Source: a candidate division WOR-3 bacterium (GTDB lineage Bacteria; Hydrothermota; Tepidihabitantia; Tepidihabitantales; Tepidihabitantaceae). From it: a stretch of DNA of 64,000 nucleotides. The stretch lies in NCBI GenBank assembly GCA_965649225.1, contig CBFGJX010000002.1, positions 32,001-96,000 of the forward strand. Reading direction: 5' to 3'. A program made the position numbers and the translations under genes. This document shows, in pieces, positions 36,147 through 46,019 of the stretch. Position 1 is the first letter of the stretch. The number at the start of each line of letters is the position of its first letter. The notes beneath the pieces are model-generated. The model ran no database searches. It was not told where the DNA came from and saw nothing but the letters and a program-made list of their open reading frames with translations.

Positions 36147-37129
36147 CAGGGCTGTTGAGATTCGCCATCGGCTGGCTTGGAGTCAACAGCACTATCTGAT
36201 GTCTTCTCCGACTCTGCTTCGCCGGTTCTCGGTTTCAGTTCCCCGACAGCCCGCAGGCACTCTCGAGCGGTATTGTAGTGAATCTCGGCTGTGTCCTTCG
36301 TATCCAACGCGTAACCGCCAGCCGTAACGACTGCAACCGGTATTCCACGCCGATGGCAGCCTTCGAGTACGATTCGGTCCCTGAGTGCCAAGCCTCGTTT
36401 TGTCAGCCGCAACGAGCCCAACTGGTCATATTTGAACGGGTCAGCCCCCGCCACATAGACGACCAGCTCGGGCTTGTGGCGTTCGAGTATAGTCGGAACC
36501 GCCTTCTGCATATGTTCGATATAGACGTCGTCGCCGGTTTCGTCATCAAGGCCAATGTCCCAGTCCGACTGCTCTTTCATCGGGTACAGATGCTCCTGGT
36601 GTATTGAGAAAGTGAACACATCGGGGTCGCCGGCAAATATGCGGGCAGTTCCGTTACCCTGGTGAAGGTCGCAATCAATGACCGCCGCCCGAACGATGCG
36701 GCCGTCCTTTTGCATTCGCCGGATACCGACGGCGATGTCATTAATGTAACAAAAACCCTCGCCGTGATCAGCGAAAGCATGGTGAAAGCCGCCGCCAATG
36801 TGCATGCAAACGCCGTCTTCGAGCGCTCTGCCGCACGCGAGCACCGTACCGGATGCAAAAAGCATGAAGCCGCTGATTATCTCCCACGTCAACGGCAGCT
36901 CAGACCGAACGGTGCGCTGGCTCCAGCGGAGATTGAGCATGTCATCAACGTACTCTTTGGTATGAACGAGACGGATATCGTCCAGCTGCGGCTCAGGCGG
37001 CTCGAGCAGCTGTTCCTCGGTCACCTGTCCTTCGGCAATCAGACGGTCCACGATCATCCCGTATTTCTCGGTCGGGAACACGTGGGCACCGATATTCAGG
37101 CGGTAACGTTTCGAATAGACAAACTTCAT
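36146..37129 (-). CDS. Zn-dependent histone deacetylase-family (class IV-like) amidohydrolase
   Basis: HVFP..KY, GGGFHHA, GFCYIND, DCDLHQGNGT, AGADP...D.LG, AGGY. Confidence 0.92.
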   Translation of the reverse strand: MKFVYSKRYRLNIGAHVFPTEKYGMIVDRLIAEGQVTEEQLLEPPEPQLDDIRLVHTKEYVDDMLNLRWSQRTVRSELPLTWEIISGFMLFASGTVLACGRALEDGVCMHIGGGFHHAFADHGEGFCYINDIAVGIRRMQKDGRIVRAAVIDCDLHQGNGTARIFAGDPDVFTFSIHQEHLYPMKEQSDWDIGLDDETGDDVYIEHMQKAVPTILERHKPELVVYVAGADPFKYDQLGSLRLTKRGLALRDRIVLEGCHRRGIPVAVVTAGGYALDTKDTAEIHYNTARECLRAVGELKPRTGEAESEKTSDSAVDSKPADGESQQP

Positions 37130-37194
37130 TTGGCACACCTTTCCTGAACAGGCAAACGTAAGAACAAACCTGTCCCAGCTGAACAGGTCGCCCG

Positions 37195-37222
37195 ATTATA
37201 GGTAGCAACTGGAGGGTGTCAA
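37195..37222 (-). promoter_or_regulatory. sigma70-like promoter of HDAC-glycan operon
   Basis: Consensus TTGACA-N16-TATAAT. Confidence 0.8.
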
Positions 37223-37251
37223 ACGACTAAGACTGGACATCGCCAGTCGGA

Positions 37252-37279
37252 TTGACGCCCGGACGGAACGTCATATACT
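37252..37279 (+). promoter_or_regulatory. sigma70-like promoter of nnr operon
   Basis: TTGACG-N16-TATACT; in-frame TTG 8 nt downstream. Confidence 0.7.
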
Positions 37280-37287
37280 CCAGACAG

Positions 37288-38847
37288 TTGAAACCCCTTC
37301 CTGACTCCGACGAAATGCGGGCGATTGACCGCCAGGCGCCTGCTCTCGGGATCCCCGGCGCCCAGCTGATGGAAAACGCCGGCAGTGCCGTTGCCCGGGT
37401 TGTGCTTGCCGAAAACTTGGTTCATCGAGCTGGTAAAGTACTTGTATGCTGTGGGAAGGGCAATAACGGTGGCGACGGTTTCGTAGCTGCCCGCAAACTC
37501 AAAGCGGAGGGTGTTTCGGTCGTTTGCCTGCTCGCCGGCAAGGTCAAAGACATGAAAGGCGACGCCGCCGCAGCGGCTGCGGCCTGGCAGGCAGCCGGCG
37601 GCAAGACGATCGAGCTTGACGACGATAAAGGAGCCGAGCGATTGCTGAGCGACAGCGCACTGATAGTCGATGCCTTGCTTGGCACCGGTATCTCCGGACC
37701 ACCGGCTGGAGCTACCGGTCTGTTGATACGGGCGATCATGGCCTCCGGTCGTCCGGTAGTCAGTGTTGATGTGCCGTCCGGCATTGACGCAACCACCGGC
37801 CAGGTCTATCAACCGGCGATTGAGGCAAAGCTGACAGTAACCATGGGTGCGGAGAAGGCCGGACTGCGTCTTTACCCGGCGCGAAACCATGTCGGCCGGG
37901 TTGTTGTCGCCGACATCGGGTTTCCGACCGAGTTGATAGAAAGAAACACCACTAGTTTTCTCGTTGAGGTTACCGATGTCAGTAACTGGTTACCAAGACG
38001 TAGAGCTGACAGCCACAAAGGAAGTTACGGCACAGTTCTGGTTGTTGCCGGTTCTCGGGGACTGACTGGTGCTGCCATACTTTGTACGGCTGCTGCAGTT
38101 CGTTCCGGCGCGGGCCTGGTCCGGCTGGCTGCGCCTTCCTCACTAATGCCCGTACTCGAGGCCGCCCAGCTTGAGTCGGTGAAGCATTCCTTGCCCGACG
38201 ATGGTCGCGGTATTCTGACACCGGCGGCTGTTGAGCCGGTTATTGCCTTGACCGCAACCGTTCAATGTCTTGCCGTAGGGCCTGGTATCGGCACCGCTGA
38301 GGAAACGGTCGAATTCGTGTCCACGCTGCTGGCCAAAGCTCCTGTTCCGGTAGTAATCGACGCTGATGCCATCAATTGTCTTGCGCTGCGCGGCGGCCAA
38401 ATCGCTGCCCGACCCGAGCGGCTGGTGTTGACCCCACATCCCGGTGAGTTCGCCCGTCTGACGGGAACTACTGCCAGGAGCGTGAACGCCGACCGGGTTC
38501 GAAATGCCCGCAGCTATGCGCGGGCGCACAATTGCGTATTGCTGCTGAAGGGCGCGCCAACAGTCACCGCCTGTCCCGATGGTGTTGTCTTTGTCAATTC
38601 AACCGGCAACAGCGGCCTCGCCAGTGGTGGAACCGGCGACGTTCTGACCGGCCTGCTCGCCGGGCTGATTGCTCAGGGAGCAGAGCCAGCCCGGGCAGCG
38701 GCGATGGCCGCGTTCCTGCACGGTCGTGCTGCTGATCTCTCTGTCAGGCGCGAAAGCGAGTACTCGCTCTGCGCTTCTGATGTGCTCAGGTCGCTGGGCG
38801 CGGCCTTTATGTCCGTGGTTGGACCCAAACCACCCGTCGGCGAATGA
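37288..38847 (+). CDS. nnr: Bifunctional NAD(P)HX epimerase/dehydratase
   Basis: LMENAG, GKGNNGGDG, DALLGTG, HKGSYG, DADA, TPHPGEF, GGTGDVL. Confidence 0.95.
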   Translation: MKPLPDSDEMRAIDRQAPALGIPGAQLMENAGSAVARVVLAENLVHRAGKVLVCCGKGNNGGDGFVAARKLKAEGVSVVCLLAGKVKDMKGDAAAAAAAWQAAGGKTIELDDDKGAERLLSDSALIVDALLGTGISGPPAGATGLLIRAIMASGRPVVSVDVPSGIDATTGQVYQPAIEAKLTVTMGAEKAGLRLYPARNHVGRVVVADIGFPTELIERNTTSFLVEVTDVSNWLPRRRADSHKGSYGTVLVVAGSRGLTGAAILCTAAAVRSGAGLVRLAAPSSLMPVLEAAQLESVKHSLPDDGRGILTPAAVEPVIALTATVQCLAVGPGIGTAEETVEFVSTLLAKAPVPVVIDADAINCLALRGGQIAARPERLVLTPHPGEFARLTGTTARSVNADRVRNARSYARAHNCVLLLKGAPTVTACPDGVVFVNSTGNSGLASGGTGDVLTGLLAGLIAQGAEPARAAAMAAFLHGRAADLSVRRESEYSLCASDVLRSLGAAFMSVVGPKPPVGE

Positions 38848-40244
38848 CACTTTCTCTGCTGTCGATAATCGTCACACTCTACCGCCCGGAACTCTGGCAG
38901 TACTACCCGTCAATGAAGGAAATCCGGTCGATTGCTGTGTCCAGCAACGAAGTGTATGTCGCTGTCCCGGACGGAGTCTATGTTCTCGACAGCCGGTCGC
39001 TGCGTTATGCCCGCTGCCTCACCGCCGCAGATGGGCTGGGCGAGGAAGTACGTTTTTGTGCTTGGAGCCCGGTGCGGTCCGAGCTGCTGACGGTTACTTC
39101 TTCAAATCTCTATAGCTATCTGCCCCAGACCGGTCTCCTACGACAGCTAAGGTCACCGCCGGGATTGATTACCGCCATCGGCACCTCCCGTTCTGGAGTC
39201 TGGTTGGTTACCGAACGCGGGACATATCTCAAGCACGCCACCCTGGACGAATACACTCAGGTTGATTCTGCTCCAGCCGGCCTCGAGTGGCAGGGAGCGA
39301 TGGACCGCAACAGCGCCAGAGACTATAACTTTCTCAGTCCTTACTTTTTCACCGATGAACAGCTTATCCATCGGTCATTCGGTCCGGTTCGCAAGGACCA
39401 GCGCCGCGGCTGGCTTTATGTAGCAATAAACGGCTATGGTCTGGGCCGATACGACCTGCGCTCCGGCCTGCTGGAAACGACGGTCAGACTGGGGCCGGTC
39501 GGACCGGTCACACGGATATTGCGGGTAGACAATTCGCTCTGGCTTATCGGTCCGGGTCGGGTTACCGTCGTCGACTCAAGCGATCAGTGGCTCACGTTGC
39601 TGCTCGCCCGTGGTCTGCCAATGCCATTGCGCTCCGGGAAGGCAATACTGGAGTTGGCAGGTTCGCTCAGCGGCATCAATGATTTCGTCAGTGACTCTGG
39701 ACGGGTCATCTTTGCTACTCAACGTGGGCTTCATTCTGTTGCCAGCGGAAGTTTGCCTTCCACTTCACTTGAGACAGGACGCCCGGTGCTGAGCCTCCTC
39801 CGAACTGGCGACAGCCTGTTCGTCGGTACCGACCAAGGGCTCTATCTCCTGCAAGGCGACTCGCTGTCGCAAATTAGTGACCCCACCGGCCGGGCAGACT
39901 GGGGAGTTTACAGTATGCTCCGCAGCGCCGACGGGACAACCTGGTTTGCGACTCTGGGCGGCCTTGTCCGCCGTCTGAACAACGGTGCTTGGGAACGGCT
40001 TGCTCCTCCCGGCATCAACCCTTCCGCCCCGGTAACCACGGCGGCGGCAGCGGATACGCGGCTCTTTTTTGGCTACGACGGTGGCATCGGAGTTTACAAC
40101 ACCGACGTCGGCAACTGGGACTGGTGGGACAAAACCGATGGCGTGCCTTCCGGACCGATATCGGCGCTGTTCGCCGAGAACGGGAAATTGTGGATTGCCA
40201 CCCTCGGCATCGTCGCTGTTTACCGCTACGAGAGCCTCCGCTGA
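38844..40244 (+). CDS. Beta-propeller protein (Reg_prop-like repeats)
   Basis: LTAADGL, W.AT.GGL, VGTDQGL, KTDGVPS..I, LWIAT.G. Confidence 0.7.
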   Translation: MTLSLLSIIVTLYRPELWQYYPSMKEIRSIAVSSNEVYVAVPDGVYVLDSRSLRYARCLTAADGLGEEVRFCAWSPVRSELLTVTSSNLYSYLPQTGLLRQLRSPPGLITAIGTSRSGVWLVTERGTYLKHATLDEYTQVDSAPAGLEWQGAMDRNSARDYNFLSPYFFTDEQLIHRSFGPVRKDQRRGWLYVAINGYGLGRYDLRSGLLETTVRLGPVGPVTRILRVDNSLWLIGPGRVTVVDSSDQWLTLLLARGLPMPLRSGKAILELAGSLSGINDFVSDSGRVIFATQRGLHSVASGSLPSTSLETGRPVLSLLRTGDSLFVGTDQGLYLLQGDSLSQISDPTGRADWGVYSMLRSADGTTWFATLGGLVRRLNNGAWERLAPPGINPSAPVTTAAAADTRLFFGYDGGIGVYNTDVGNWDWWDKTDGVPSGPISALFAENGKLWIATLGIVAVYRYESLR

Positions 40245-40245
40245 C

Positions 40246-42888
40246 GTGATCTACCGTAACCCCATTATGTCGCTGTTGCTGATTCTGATTTCCTCCGCCA
40301 GCGGCTCGGTCCAAGCCGAACGCCCCCTGGCCTTTTATCTTGCCCGGCGCGATTACACGCAAGCACTGGCGGTCCTGATGCAGCGTATTTCTGCCGATTC
40401 CAGCGACGCCGCAGCGTTTCGCGACATTGCCCGAGTCTACGATCGTCAGCGTCTTTTTGACTCAAGCCTGGTCTGGTGGCAGCGTGCGCTCTCGGCAGAA
40501 GAACATGACGACTCGGCCGTAGTGGGTCTGTGGCGAGCGATGCTTAACCATGCCCGGCGCGACAGTACCATCCTTGCGGCAACTCGGGCCAGAATCGAGG
40601 CCGACGCCCGTGCCCGTTACGTCGATAGCTCGGCTCAAAAGTTGTCAGTAGCCTTTGAAGGTTTCAATATGGCCGGTTCACCGGCGGCCGACACCGCAGC
40701 AATGTTGCTAATGATGCGTTTTCCCGATTCGCCCTACGGCTGCCGGCTGATTGGCGAAGCATTCTATGACTCGTTGTATCCGGTCTGGAACAACGACACA
40801 GCCAAAACAACAGTGGTTCGGCGGTTTCTGGAGCGATACACCAAAACCAGCTGGCGAACTACCTTCTTTCAGTTTCTGCTTTCTGCCCTGACCGGTCTCG
40901 GCGACACTACTGCCCTGTTGCAGACGATCAATATTTCCGTGCGAAACGACCCCCGCGACCCGCTCCGATGCCGGTACGCGGCTGCGCTGCTCAACCGCCT
41001 GCGGCTTCAACCGCCGCTTGCTGAAAGCCTCGCCCGGGCAGCGATTGTTCTCGAACCATTCGCCGTGCGTCCGGCCAGCATGCCGGCCGAAGTCTGGGAG
41101 CTTGAATTTCGACCCCTGCGCTGGTCGGCACGGGTTGCGCTGGCCGAAGCTCTGCTGAATCAGGGACGCTTACAGGAAGCACGGTCGTGGTTAAGCGAAG
41201 CGCTGCAGCAGTTCGTACTGGACCCTCAGCAAGAGGCGACTCCCGCCCCGATTCACTGCCTGCTCGGCGAAACCGACCTCGCCAGTGGCGACACCACCGC
41301 AGCGTTTACACATCTCGCCGTGGCTCTGGTCTGGGGCGATTCACGCAACTGGTGGACGGCCCGGGCTGAAAGCACCTTACTCAGGGTGTGGCGCCTCTCC
41401 CCATCGGAACTGTACGATTCGCTCCGGCGGCGGCTCAAATATCACGGCCCGGTTTTTACCGATGTCACCGCTGCAGCCGGTCTGGCCGGCTTGAGACTCA
41501 GCCGCGTCGCCTGGGGCGACTACGACAACGACGGCTTTGATGACCTTCTGCTCAACGGTTGTCAACTCATGCACAATGTCAAGGGCCGCGGTTTCCGCGA
41601 TATCTCCAATCAGGTCGGACTTGCCGGCTGGCAGGGAAAGGGTCGGGGTGGAATCTGGGCCGATGTCAACAACGACGGCTGGCTGGACTTCTGGATGGCG
41701 GCCGCTGCCGGATACGACCAGCTCTGGCTTAATCGCCGCGGACACTTCCGGCCGGCCGGACCCGCCAGTTCCGCCCCGGCTGATACTTTTCCGACCGAAG
41801 GAGCGGCGTGGGCCGACTTTAACCTTGACGGCAAGGTTGACCTCTATTGTGCCAATTACGAAGCCGCCCAGGGCGAATACTGCCCGGACCGGCTCTGGCT
41901 CAATGTCGGGGCAGGGCATTTCCGTGACGTTACGGTGCAGTGCGGTATCATCCCGCCATTCGGCGAAAACCGGGCTGGTCGCGGTGTAGCCTGGGGTGAT
42001 TTTGACGACGATGGTGACCCGGACTGCTTTGTGGCCAATTACCGTCTCGGCGAAAACTTTCTCTGGGTCAACTCCGACCGTGACAGCTTCACAAACAGCG
42101 CTGCCGAGCTGGGAGTGGCTGGCGATGAAACTGATGGCTGGTTCGGTCACACAATCGGTGCGGCATGGGGTGACTTTGATGCCGACGGCGACCTCGACCT
42201 TTTCACCGCTGACCTGGCTCACCCGCGTTACATCCACTTCTCCAACCGGTCCCGGCTGTACGAAAACCTCGGCCCGGATTCGATACCGCGTTTTGTTGAC
42301 CGCCGCGCAGCCGTTGGGATACGCTACGAAGAAACCCACTCTGACCCGGCATGGGGCGATGTTGACAATGACGGTGACCTGGACCTTTACATCACCTCAA
42401 TCTATGAAAACCGCCGGTCCTTTCTTTACGAGAACCTGCTGTCGAACCGGAACACCGAACCCGGCCGTCCCGAATTCCGCGACGTCGCCGGTCTGGCCGG
42501 CGCCCGCGTTTTCAATGGCTGGGGATGTGCCTTCAGCGATTACGACAATGACGGTGACCTGGACCTGGTCGTCGGTTCAGGCTCCGGCCTGCGGCTGTTG
42601 CGCAATGACACGCCATACAACAATCACTGGCTCAAGGTCAAGGTCATCGGCAGACATACCAACCGCGCCGGCATCGGTTGCCGCGTAACCGTGCGTCGGA
42701 AAGGGTATCTGCAGATAAGAGAGATTGAAGGCGGCAGGGGTACGACCAGCCAGAACTCCCTCACTCAGCATTTCGGACTTGGTTCTGACGCAGACCCGGT
42801 CGAGGTCACCGTCCGTTTCAGGACTGGTCGCAGCCTTACCCTGCGAAATGTCAAGCCAGACCAGCTGCTGGTTGTTCGGGAACGCTAG
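40246..42888 (+). CDS. TPR + FG-GAP repeat + ASPIC/UnbV (CRTAC1-like) protein
   Basis: N-terminal TPRs; FTDVT..AGL; seven D(Y/F/V)..DG..D repeats; NHWLKV...QHFGLG; start 40246 or 40267. Confidence 0.85.
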   Translation: MIYRNPIMSLLLILISSASGSVQAERPLAFYLARRDYTQALAVLMQRISADSSDAAAFRDIARVYDRQRLFDSSLVWWQRALSAEEHDDSAVVGLWRAMLNHARRDSTILAATRARIEADARARYVDSSAQKLSVAFEGFNMAGSPAADTAAMLLMMRFPDSPYGCRLIGEAFYDSLYPVWNNDTAKTTVVRRFLERYTKTSWRTTFFQFLLSALTGLGDTTALLQTINISVRNDPRDPLRCRYAAALLNRLRLQPPLAESLARAAIVLEPFAVRPASMPAEVWELEFRPLRWSARVALAEALLNQGRLQEARSWLSEALQQFVLDPQQEATPAPIHCLLGETDLASGDTTAAFTHLAVALVWGDSRNWWTARAESTLLRVWRLSPSELYDSLRRRLKYHGPVFTDVTAAAGLAGLRLSRVAWGDYDNDGFDDLLLNGCQLMHNVKGRGFRDISNQVGLAGWQGKGRGGIWADVNNDGWLDFWMAAAAGYDQLWLNRRGHFRPAGPASSAPADTFPTEGAAWADFNLDGKVDLYCANYEAAQGEYCPDRLWLNVGAGHFRDVTVQCGIIPPFGENRAGRGVAWGDFDDDGDPDCFVANYRLGENFLWVNSDRDSFTNSAAELGVAGDETDGWFGHTIGAAWGDFDADGDLDLFTADLAHPRYIHFSNRSRLYENLGPDSIPRFVDRRAAVGIRYEETHSDPAWGDVDNDGDLDLYITSIYENRRSFLYENLLSNRNTEPGRPEFRDVAGLAGARVFNGWGCAFSDYDNDGDLDLVVGSGSGLRLLRNDTPYNNHWLKVKVIGRHTNRAGIGCRVTVRRKGYLQIREIEGGRGTTSQNSLTQHFGLGSDADPVEVTVRFRTGRSLTLRNVKPDQLLVVRER

Positions 42889-43589
42889 CGTGGCCGCAGG
42901 CGCGGCAGCAGAAACGGAGTCGTCGCAAAGTAACGGTCAGCCTCGTCCCTGAGCAGAGTCCGCAGGCCTTTTTCGTCGTGGCGTGCCTGAAGAACAACCA
43001 GCGGCAGTCCCAGCGACAAAGCCAGAACCAGACCGCCCCACGAGTTGAAAGTCAGCGCAATACCGACAAGCTGCAAGAGCGTACCAAGGTCACGCGGGTG
43101 ACGGCAGACCCGAGCAACGGGCAGCGCGACATACTTCCTCTCCGGAATAGTGATGTTCCCGCGCCGGTCCGATGGCTTGATCGCCGTGATTCGCAGGACA
43201 CCGAACAGCGTCGTGAGCCGGAGAACGGCGCCGGCAGCGAAAACCACGATACCGAGTCCGCCGCCAATGAAAGCCGGCAGTGGCAACTGAGTTATGTGCC
43301 ACCAGATGTGGTCACCGGCGCAGAAAGCTATGAATGGATAGACAAAAACCGCAAACATCACCCGGAGAGGATTTGAGTAGTCGACGAGACCAGACTGAAA
43401 GAACGGAGCGGCAAAATAGTACTCGACTCCCATCCAGAGCACGAGCATCACGGCAAGAACGCTGGGCAGCAGCCTGCCGACCGGCATAGCATCGGCAAGC
43501 AGGTTGGTGAAGAAGATGATAAAATAGGCCACAACCAGCACCGTCCAAACCAGCCGGCCGAATCTCACCCGAAGCGCGTTACTGTTCAA
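42885..43589 (-). CDS. ICMT/PEMT-like membrane methyltransferase
   Basis: Multiple TM helices; CRHPRDLG, HDEKGL, Y...TPFLLP. Confidence 0.65.
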   Translation of the reverse strand: MNSNALRVRFGRLVWTVLVVAYFIIFFTNLLADAMPVGRLLPSVLAVMLVLWMGVEYYFAAPFFQSGLVDYSNPLRVMFAVFVYPFIAFCAGDHIWWHITQLPLPAFIGGGLGIVVFAAGAVLRLTTLFGVLRITAIKPSDRRGNITIPERKYVALPVARVCRHPRDLGTLLQLVGIALTFNSWGGLVLALSLGLPLVVLQARHDEKGLRTLLRDEADRYFATTPFLLPRLRPR

Positions 43590-43593
43590 CAGG

Positions 43594-44826
43594 CTACCTC
43601 TGTCTCTCGACGCCGGTCAGGAGTTCTTCGGCAAGTTCCCAAAGACTGACCGCCGTCAGTTCATAATCCACTCCCGCCGCGGTAAGCCAGTCGGCAGCCG
43701 GGAGTGGCAACAATGTCGCCTCCGTTCCCCGCGCGCCTGGCGACATACCCGGACGTTCAATCACGGTCAAAGAATGCTGTGCGGCAAGCTGACGCCGCTG
43801 ACGTGATGAAAGGTCGACTTTGATCCAGCGCCCGGGAAAGGCAAGCTTCTCTGTCAGCAAGCGTCTGGGAAAAGCAGTCGGAATTGTCTCACCTGTCCAC
43901 AACGGGCCGGCAGCAAGCAGATAACGGGCGTTGGCGGCGTCAAGCAGGCGGCGAGCGAGCGCCGCTGCGAAAGCGGTGCCCGCCGGGGGTTTCGCTCGCG
44001 TTGCCAGCAATCTCTCTTCCACAGCCAAGTTCAGCTGGACAAGCCGGGCAGCCTGAGTCGAATCGATTTCCAACGTGTCAATTCGGGGCATCAGACGGCG
44101 GACACGAATTTCAGGACCCGGACGGCTGATTTCAAACAAGACAACGCTGTCAGTACCGCGGTCTGTCCGAAGGTCCCATCCGACTGCCGGCTCGAATGCG
44201 ACTTCGGTCAGCAGAATCGTCAGGTCGCTGCGCTGCCGAAGAAGTGACAGTACTGCCGATGCCGAATACGCGGCTGCCACAGTGCGCACCCCCCGCTGGC
44301 GCAGCAACGGAGAAACCGTGTCGCTTGTCAGCCCGGCGATACCGATTGTCCCCAGCCGGGTCGGGCGGGTCATCAAGCCGTGGCCGAGTGGCTCACCCAA
44401 GGTATCAGTGATGGCACTGCCCAGGATGAAGCAACTGGAACCATCGACCAGTGCCTTTGCCCTGCCCGGCCCCCAGGCCAGCCAGTCCGGACCGAAGAGC
44501 ACCGCATCGACCTGCAGCACTCCCAGGCGGTCAACCGCCGATTTACCATCCGTCAAGACCTCAGCCGGATTGTGCCGTACCCCGCTGGCGGCGACCAGCC
44601 AGAGACAATCGTCCCGCTTCCTGAACTGCTGGACCAGTTTCGCACAGCGAAGCATTGCGCTGTCGCCGAGTGACCCGGTTACCAGCAGTCGAACAACCGG
44701 CGGCGCTGGTGACAATCGGCGGGGGGCGCAGCCAAGCTGTGCCATTACCGCCGCGACGATCCCGACGACAGCGAAGGCGAGAAGCGCGCTGCTAGACCAG
44801 CCGCGAGTCGTTAATGACCAGCTCAA
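43594..44826 (-). CDS. Lipoprotein with degenerate 5'-nucleotidase (calcineurin-like) fold
   Basis: Lipobox-like QLGC; scaffold G..A...L..L.VDA...G, GSAI.D, TIGIAGLT, DLTILLT retained but metal ligands absent; start uncertain. Confidence 0.6.
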   Translation of the reverse strand: MSWSLTTRGWSSSALLAFAVVGIVAAVMAQLGCAPRRLSPAPPVVRLLVTGSLGDSAMLRCAKLVQQFRKRDDCLWLVAASGVRHNPAEVLTDGKSAVDRLGVLQVDAVLFGPDWLAWGPGRAKALVDGSSCFILGSAITDTLGEPLGHGLMTRPTRLGTIGIAGLTSDTVSPLLRQRGVRTVAAAYSASAVLSLLRQRSDLTILLTEVAFEPAVGWDLRTDRGTDSVVLFEISRPGPEIRVRRLMPRIDTLEIDSTQAARLVQLNLAVEERLLATRAKPPAGTAFAAALARRLLDAANARYLLAAGPLWTGETIPTAFPRRLLTEKLAFPGRWIKVDLSSRQRRQLAAQHSLTVIERPGMSPGARGTEATLLPLPAADWLTAAGVDYELTAVSLWELAEELLTGVERQR

Positions 44827-45493
44827 AGCGACACCCGAGAAAATCGGCGGCCCGGCGGGAGATTATCATCCGCGACAGGAAGATTTCGAAGTAGTCCATC
44901 ACCGGTGCAATGGTCGTGTCGACCGTGAGACGGAAAACAATCACCCGCTTGTCGCGGTCCACCTCGAGCCCGGATTTCTTTACCGCATAGTTGACCCGGT
45001 CGTGGATATCAAAACGGATCAGCTCGGGGTTGCGCACGCGACTGCGGTGAACATCGGCCTTGTCAGCAAGTATCAACGCGGACGAAACTGCCGAGACCGG
45101 GTTACCGCCCTCTTCGTGATGATTGCCGATCGCCGACATGACCAGTGCCGTTTCGTTCGGAGCCATACCGAGACGGCGGAGGACATCACGCGCCAGCAGA
45201 GCGCCCAGGCGCTCGTGCTCCAGCCGGTTGACAACGTTGCCGATGTCGTGCAGGTAACCGGCGATGGCCGCCAGTTCAACCATGCGTTCGTCCTGGCCCA
45301 GTGCCTGCAGAACTCCGGCGGCATGCTTGGCGACAAGCCGGGCATGACGGAAGCCGTGTTCGGTATAACCAATCGCCTCAAGCTGGTGGTCAGCGTACTC
45401 AATCAGCGCGATGACCTCCGGGTCCTTGGCAACGGTCTTCAGGGTGACCGGCCGGGACCCGGAGTCACGCAGGCTGTCTGGTCCGACGGTCAT
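44792..45493 (-). CDS. HD-domain phosphohydrolase
   Basis: GYTEHG.RH, YLHDIGN, IGNH, LADKADVHRSRV, DIHDRVNYAV. Confidence 0.9.
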   Translation of the reverse strand: MTVGPDSLRDSGSRPVTLKTVAKDPEVIALIEYADHQLEAIGYTEHGFRHARLVAKHAAGVLQALGQDERMVELAAIAGYLHDIGNVVNRLEHERLGALLARDVLRRLGMAPNETALVMSAIGNHHEEGGNPVSAVSSALILADKADVHRSRVRNPELIRFDIHDRVNYAVKKSGLEVDRDKRVIVFRLTVDTTIAPVMDYFEIFLSRMIISRRAADFLGCRFELVINDSRLV

Positions 45494-45505
45494 TGGTTCA
45501 CGAAA

Positions 45506-45982
45506 CTAGCTTTCGTCGGCCGGAACTGCCCCCGAGGCCACCTGTTTGATGTACTGTTCGAAATCAGAGAGCAGCAGTTCATCGCCGACCAGCTGGTTCT
45601 TCCACCGGATGGCGATTTCGTTCGCTCCGAAGGTCTTGTCCAGAAACACCTGCAGCTTCGGGCCGGATGCATAGTTCCGGTCGGAGATGATGACTCCGGA
45701 TGTGCTCGGATTATCGCCACAGACCTCGAAGATTTCGGCCGCCTTTTCCGGGTCATAGTCCCACTGCTCCGGCCCGCGCGGCTGGCGCTTGTAGAGCAGA
45801 AACTCGATCAGCTCGTTAGCGACAGCCAGCATGATTGAATAGTCTTCGCCCGGTGCCGAGCCGGCGACGTAGTTCTTCAAAGGCAGATGCAAGCAGATGC
45901 CGATTTCGCCACGACCCTCGCCAAAGAAAATGCCTTCGGCGCGCAGTATCTGGCTGAGGTCCCGTTTCTCAAAGAACAACAT
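45506..45982 (-). CDS. Hypothetical protein, 158 aa
   Basis: Fills the gap between co-oriented genes; GC3-biased codons; no motif recognised. Confidence 0.7.
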   Translation of the reverse strand: MLFFEKRDLSQILRAEGIFFGEGRGEIGICLHLPLKNYVAGSAPGEDYSIMLAVANELIEFLLYKRQPRGPEQWDYDPEKAAEIFEVCGDNPSTSGVIISDRNYASGPKLQVFLDKTFGANEIAIRWKNQLVGDELLLSDFEQYIKQVASGAVPADES

Positions 45983-46019
45983 GGCACAACAACCCGTTTG
46001 CTGCGGTCGTGACGGTCAA

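Noticed and set aside
41500..42570. Recurring DNA words such as gacaatgacggtgacctggacct as a repeat array or CRISPR
   Set aside because: They encode FG-GAP protein repeats; irregular spacing and no cas genes
44075..45838. 587-aa plus-strand ORF
   Set aside because: Antisense shadow of three minus-strand genes; no motifs; expected in GC-rich DNA
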